Assembly (NCBI GenBank): GCA_964489445.1
Contig: CAZAYU010000001.1
Coordinates: forward strand, 4,394-68,393
Origin: an uncultured Planctomycetia bacterium
Lineage (GTDB): Bacteria; Omnitrophota; Gorgyraeia; Duberdicusellales; 4484-171
DNA: 64,000 bases
Reading direction: 5' to 3'
A program made the translations under genes and the position numbers. The notes beneath the pieces are model-generated. The model was not told the DNA's origin, made no database searches, and was given only the letters and a program-made list of their open reading frames with translations. Within the stretch, counting starts at the first letter, position 1; the number at the start of each line of letters is the position of its first letter. Positions 60,870 through 64,000 of the stretch are shown in pieces.

Positions 60870-63581
60870 ATGAATATTCAACCCAAATACCAGCCAAGTT
60901 CTGCAGAAGCCAATATTATACGCGCTTGGTTTAAAAATAAATCTTTTTCCGCTCAAGCAGAGTCTGGGAAAAATCCATTTTCAATACTTATCCCTCCGCC
61001 AAATGTTACTGGAATCTTACATATGGGCCACGCTTTGAATAACGTCATTCAAGATGTTTTGATCCGTTTTAAAAGGATGCAAGGATACCAAGCCTTATGG
61101 ATGCCAGGAACCGACCATGCAGGAATAGCGACCCAAAATGTTGTCGAGAAAAAAATTGCCCGGGATAATAAAAATCGCAATGATTTAGGAAGAGATCGTT
61201 TTCTTGAAGAAGTCTGGAAATGGAAAGAGGAATACGGATCAACAATAGTCGAGCAACTGAAGCGATTAGGCGCTTCTTGTGACTGGACACGCTTACGCTT
61301 CACTATGGATGATGACTATTCAAAAGCTGTCAAACATGCTTTTGTTTCTTTGTGGAGCAAGGGACTAGTTTACCGCGGAAATTATATTATAAATTGGTGC
61401 CCACGCTGCCAAACAGCTTTAGCTGACGAAGAAGCCCCGCACAAAGAAGCAAACGGAAAATTATACTATATAAAATATCCAATACAAGATAGAAGCGCTC
61501 TGGCTGTTCAATATGTAACTGTAGCGACTACAAGACCGGAAACGATGCTAGGAGATACAGCAATAGCTGTAAATCCTCACGATAAAAAATACACTAGCAT
61601 TATCGGAAAAACGATAAAGATACCACTTACTGAAAGAACTGTTAGGATTATTAAGGATGACTTTGTTGACCCAGAATTTGGAACCGGAGCCGTAAAAGTA
61701 ACTCCTGCTCACGACAAAAATGATTTCAACATTGGACAGCGACACAATCTTCCGACCATTTTAGTCATGAACCCTGATGGAACAATGAATAAAAGTGCCG
61801 GAAAATTTGAAGGCCTTACCCGATTTAAAGCCAGAAAAGAAATTATAGAACAACTCAAGACAGCCGGATTAATCGATAAGATTGACGACCATCCTTACAC
61901 ACTGGGATATTGTTACCGTTGCAACACAATAATTGAGCCGTACCTCTCACGACAATGGTTCGTAAAAATGAAACCATTGTCTATCCCGGCAGTTAAGGCA
62001 GTAAAGGAAAAAGAAATAGTCTTTTACCCACAGCGATGGGAAAAAGTCTACCTTAATTGGATGGAAAATATACACGATTGGTGTATATCACGTCAAATAT
62101 GGTGGGGACATAGGTTGCCTGTCTTTTACTGCCAAGCTTGCCAGCAAAAAGATCCGGAAGCCGGAATAATCGTTTCTGAGGATGTTCCTAAAAAATGCCC
62201 AAATTGCAACTCAACAAACATCATACAGGATTCTGACGTCTTAGACACTTGGTTTTCATCATGGCTATGGCCTCTAGCTACTTTTGGCTGGCCGTTTCAC
62301 AAACAAGAAACAATAGACGATGAAAGAGAGACAATAGAAGAAAAAAAAACTAAGACCAATAAAGAAAAACAAGAAAAAGAATTTAATTATTTTTATCCCA
62401 CGTCTGTTTTAGTAACTGCACCAGAAATAATTTTCTTTTGGGTGGCTAGAATGATTATGGCTGGTTTTGAATTTACCGGGAAAAAACCATTTAGCACTGT
62501 TTATATACACGGCACAGTAAGAGATCCCAGTGGGAAAAAAATGTCAAAATCGCTAGGAAATATTATCGACCCGATAGAAATTATTGAAAAATTTGGAACT
62601 GATGCATTACGTTTTTCTCTAATGCTTTTAGCGGCAAGTGGCTCAGACATTTACTTAAATGAAGACAAGTTCCTTGTTGGGCGGAATTTTGCTAATAAAA
62701 TATGGAATGCTAGCCGCTTTATCTTTCTAAAAATTGAAGAACATTCTTTGCAAATAGATAGCCTTAAATGGAAACTCTTAAGCCCAATAGATGAATGGAT
62801 ACTTAAAGAATTATCGTCTACCATTGAAAATGTTTCCTTAAATTTGGAACGCTACACAATAAATGAAGCAGCCAAAAAAATATATGACTTTTTTTGGCAT
62901 TATTTTTGTGACTGGTATATAGAGATAACAAAGGATAGCTTTACCCTGGATAAAGCAAAAATATCTATATATGTTTTAGTAGAATCCCTTAAATTGATTC
63001 ACCCATTTATGCCGTTTATTAGTGAAGAAATATTTACTACTATCAAGGATACGACATCTTTAGATATCAAGGAATTACTAATTACTTCTAACTGGCCAAA
63101 GCCACTAACTTTCGATTATAACAACAAAGCAATACACTCTATGCAAGAACTTATTAATACTATTAAAGAAATTCGAAATATTAAAACTGAATTAGGACTA
63201 GCACAAAAAAAGATACCACTAAAAATTCTGCTTAAAGAACCAACAAATAAAACCTGGCACGAAAATTTAAATTGGATAAAGCGCCTCACCCAAAGTGAAA
63301 AAATTATATTTACCAGTAAGATTGATCCCGTACTTTATGAAAATGATTTCTGGAATGTTAGTCTTGATACTGGTTCAGTTGACATGGATACATTTATTGG
63401 TGGAATCGATAAGAAAATGAACTCTTCAAACAACATACTCAACAAAACTAAGCTAAGATTAGAAAATCATAATTTTTTAGAAAAAGCTTCTCCAGAAACA
63501 ATTAAAGCAGAAACACAAAAGTTCAACGATATACTTTGTAGGGTTGATCGACTTAAAAAATTAAAAAATGCTTTCAGCTAA
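60870..63581 (+). CDS. valS: Valine--tRNA ligase
   Basis: PPPNVTG, HMGH, GTDHAGIATQ, WCISRQ, DVLDTWFSS and KMSKS. Confidence 0.98.
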   Translation: MNIQPKYQPSSAEANIIRAWFKNKSFSAQAESGKNPFSILIPPPNVTGILHMGHALNNVIQDVLIRFKRMQGYQALWMPGTDHAGIATQNVVEKKIARDNKNRNDLGRDRFLEEVWKWKEEYGSTIVEQLKRLGASCDWTRLRFTMDDDYSKAVKHAFVSLWSKGLVYRGNYIINWCPRCQTALADEEAPHKEANGKLYYIKYPIQDRSALAVQYVTVATTRPETMLGDTAIAVNPHDKKYTSIIGKTIKIPLTERTVRIIKDDFVDPEFGTGAVKVTPAHDKNDFNIGQRHNLPTILVMNPDGTMNKSAGKFEGLTRFKARKEIIEQLKTAGLIDKIDDHPYTLGYCYRCNTIIEPYLSRQWFVKMKPLSIPAVKAVKEKEIVFYPQRWEKVYLNWMENIHDWCISRQIWWGHRLPVFYCQACQQKDPEAGIIVSEDVPKKCPNCNSTNIIQDSDVLDTWFSSWLWPLATFGWPFHKQETIDDERETIEEKKTKTNKEKQEKEFNYFYPTSVLVTAPEIIFFWVARMIMAGFEFTGKKPFSTVYIHGTVRDPSGKKMSKSLGNIIDPIEIIEKFGTDALRFSLMLLAASGSDIYLNEDKFLVGRNFANKIWNASRFIFLKIEEHSLQIDSLKWKLLSPIDEWILKELSSTIENVSLNLERYTINEAAKKIYDFFWHYFCDWYIEITKDSFTLDKAKISIYVLVESLKLIHPFMPFISEEIFTTIKDTTSLDIKELLITSNWPKPLTFDYNNKAIHSMQELINTIKEIRNIKTELGLAQKKIPLKILLKEPTNKTWHENLNWIKRLTQSEKIIFTSKIDPVLYENDFWNVSLDTGSVDMDTFIGGIDKKMNSSNNILNKTKLRLENHNFLEKASPETIKAETQKFNDILCRVDRLKKLKNAFS

Positions 63582-64000
63582 AATAATATCTAATCATGTT
63601 CGCGATGCCTTATGTGAAGACCAGGCTAGCTGCGACATCACAACAAAGCTAACAATGCCAGATACTATTACTGGAACCGCAAAAATAATTGCTAAGGAGC
63701 AATGCATACTTTGTGGAATTGATACAGCAAAAGAAACATTTAAACAAATTAACAGCTCTGTAATTTTTCGTGCGTGCAAAAAAGACGGACAATTAGTAAA
63801 GAAAGGCGAAAATATCGCACTAATTAAGGGAGATATGAGAAGCATCCTGACTTCTGAGCGGATTGCCTTGAATTTTTTATCCTTACTTTCTGGCATCTCC
63901 ACTCTTACTGGGAAATTTGTTGAAAAAACAAAAAAAACAAAATTGAAAATAATGGATACCCGAAAAACAACACCTTCTTTAAGATGCCTATCCAAGTATG
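63568..64000 (+). CDS. nadC: Quinolinate phosphoribosyltransferase, 3'-truncated by the window edge (not in the ORF track)
   Basis: Manual translation gives MLSAKIISNHVRDALCED..DITT..ERIALNFLSLLSGIST..DTRKTTP. Confidence 0.93.
   Translation, partial: MLSAKIISNHVRDALCEDQASCDITTKLTMPDTITGTAKIIAKEQCILCGIDTAKETFKQINSSVIFRACKKDGQLVKKGENIALIKGDMRSILTSERIALNFLSLLSGISTLTGKFVEKTKKTKLKIMDTRKTTPSLRCLSKY

Noticed and set aside
63594-63995. 133-aa minus-strand ORF and the many other short antisense or overlapping ORFs in the track
   Set aside because: These are shadows of well-supported genes (here nadC on the plus strand) and carry no recognisable motifs.

Overview
AT-rich bacterial chromosome segment. 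Gene content and style suggest a PVC-group or Candidatus Omnitrophota-like lineage, but that is inference only. Core genes flank the window: rtcB (partial), serS and tRNA-Ser on the left; an RNA-modification cluster, recN, tRNA-Arg, proC, mtnP, ileS, dksA-like, lspA, aroA, two pilin-like paralogs, a CHASE2/HD-GYP gene, valS and nadC (partial) on the right. The most notable part is an accessory island downstream of tRNA-Ser (about 4.5-20.9 kb). After a 20-bp duplication of the tRNA 3' end, five unrelated co-oriented gene modules each end shortly after the last stop codon in a conserved 26-bp site (CCAGACGTCCTATTTAGGTACACCCT). Three modules start just after an inverted copy of the same site. The first four modules are each preceded by a full or partial copy of a ~410-bp spacer, which carries a sigma70-like promoter and a decayed antisense ORF. 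The layout resembles an integron cassette array but lacks attC boxes, and no recombinase is present in the window. One module is a candidate defence pair: MazG-like plus a nuclease-DUF2075 helicase-S24 peptidase fusion. All alignments were done by eye and no database searches were run.
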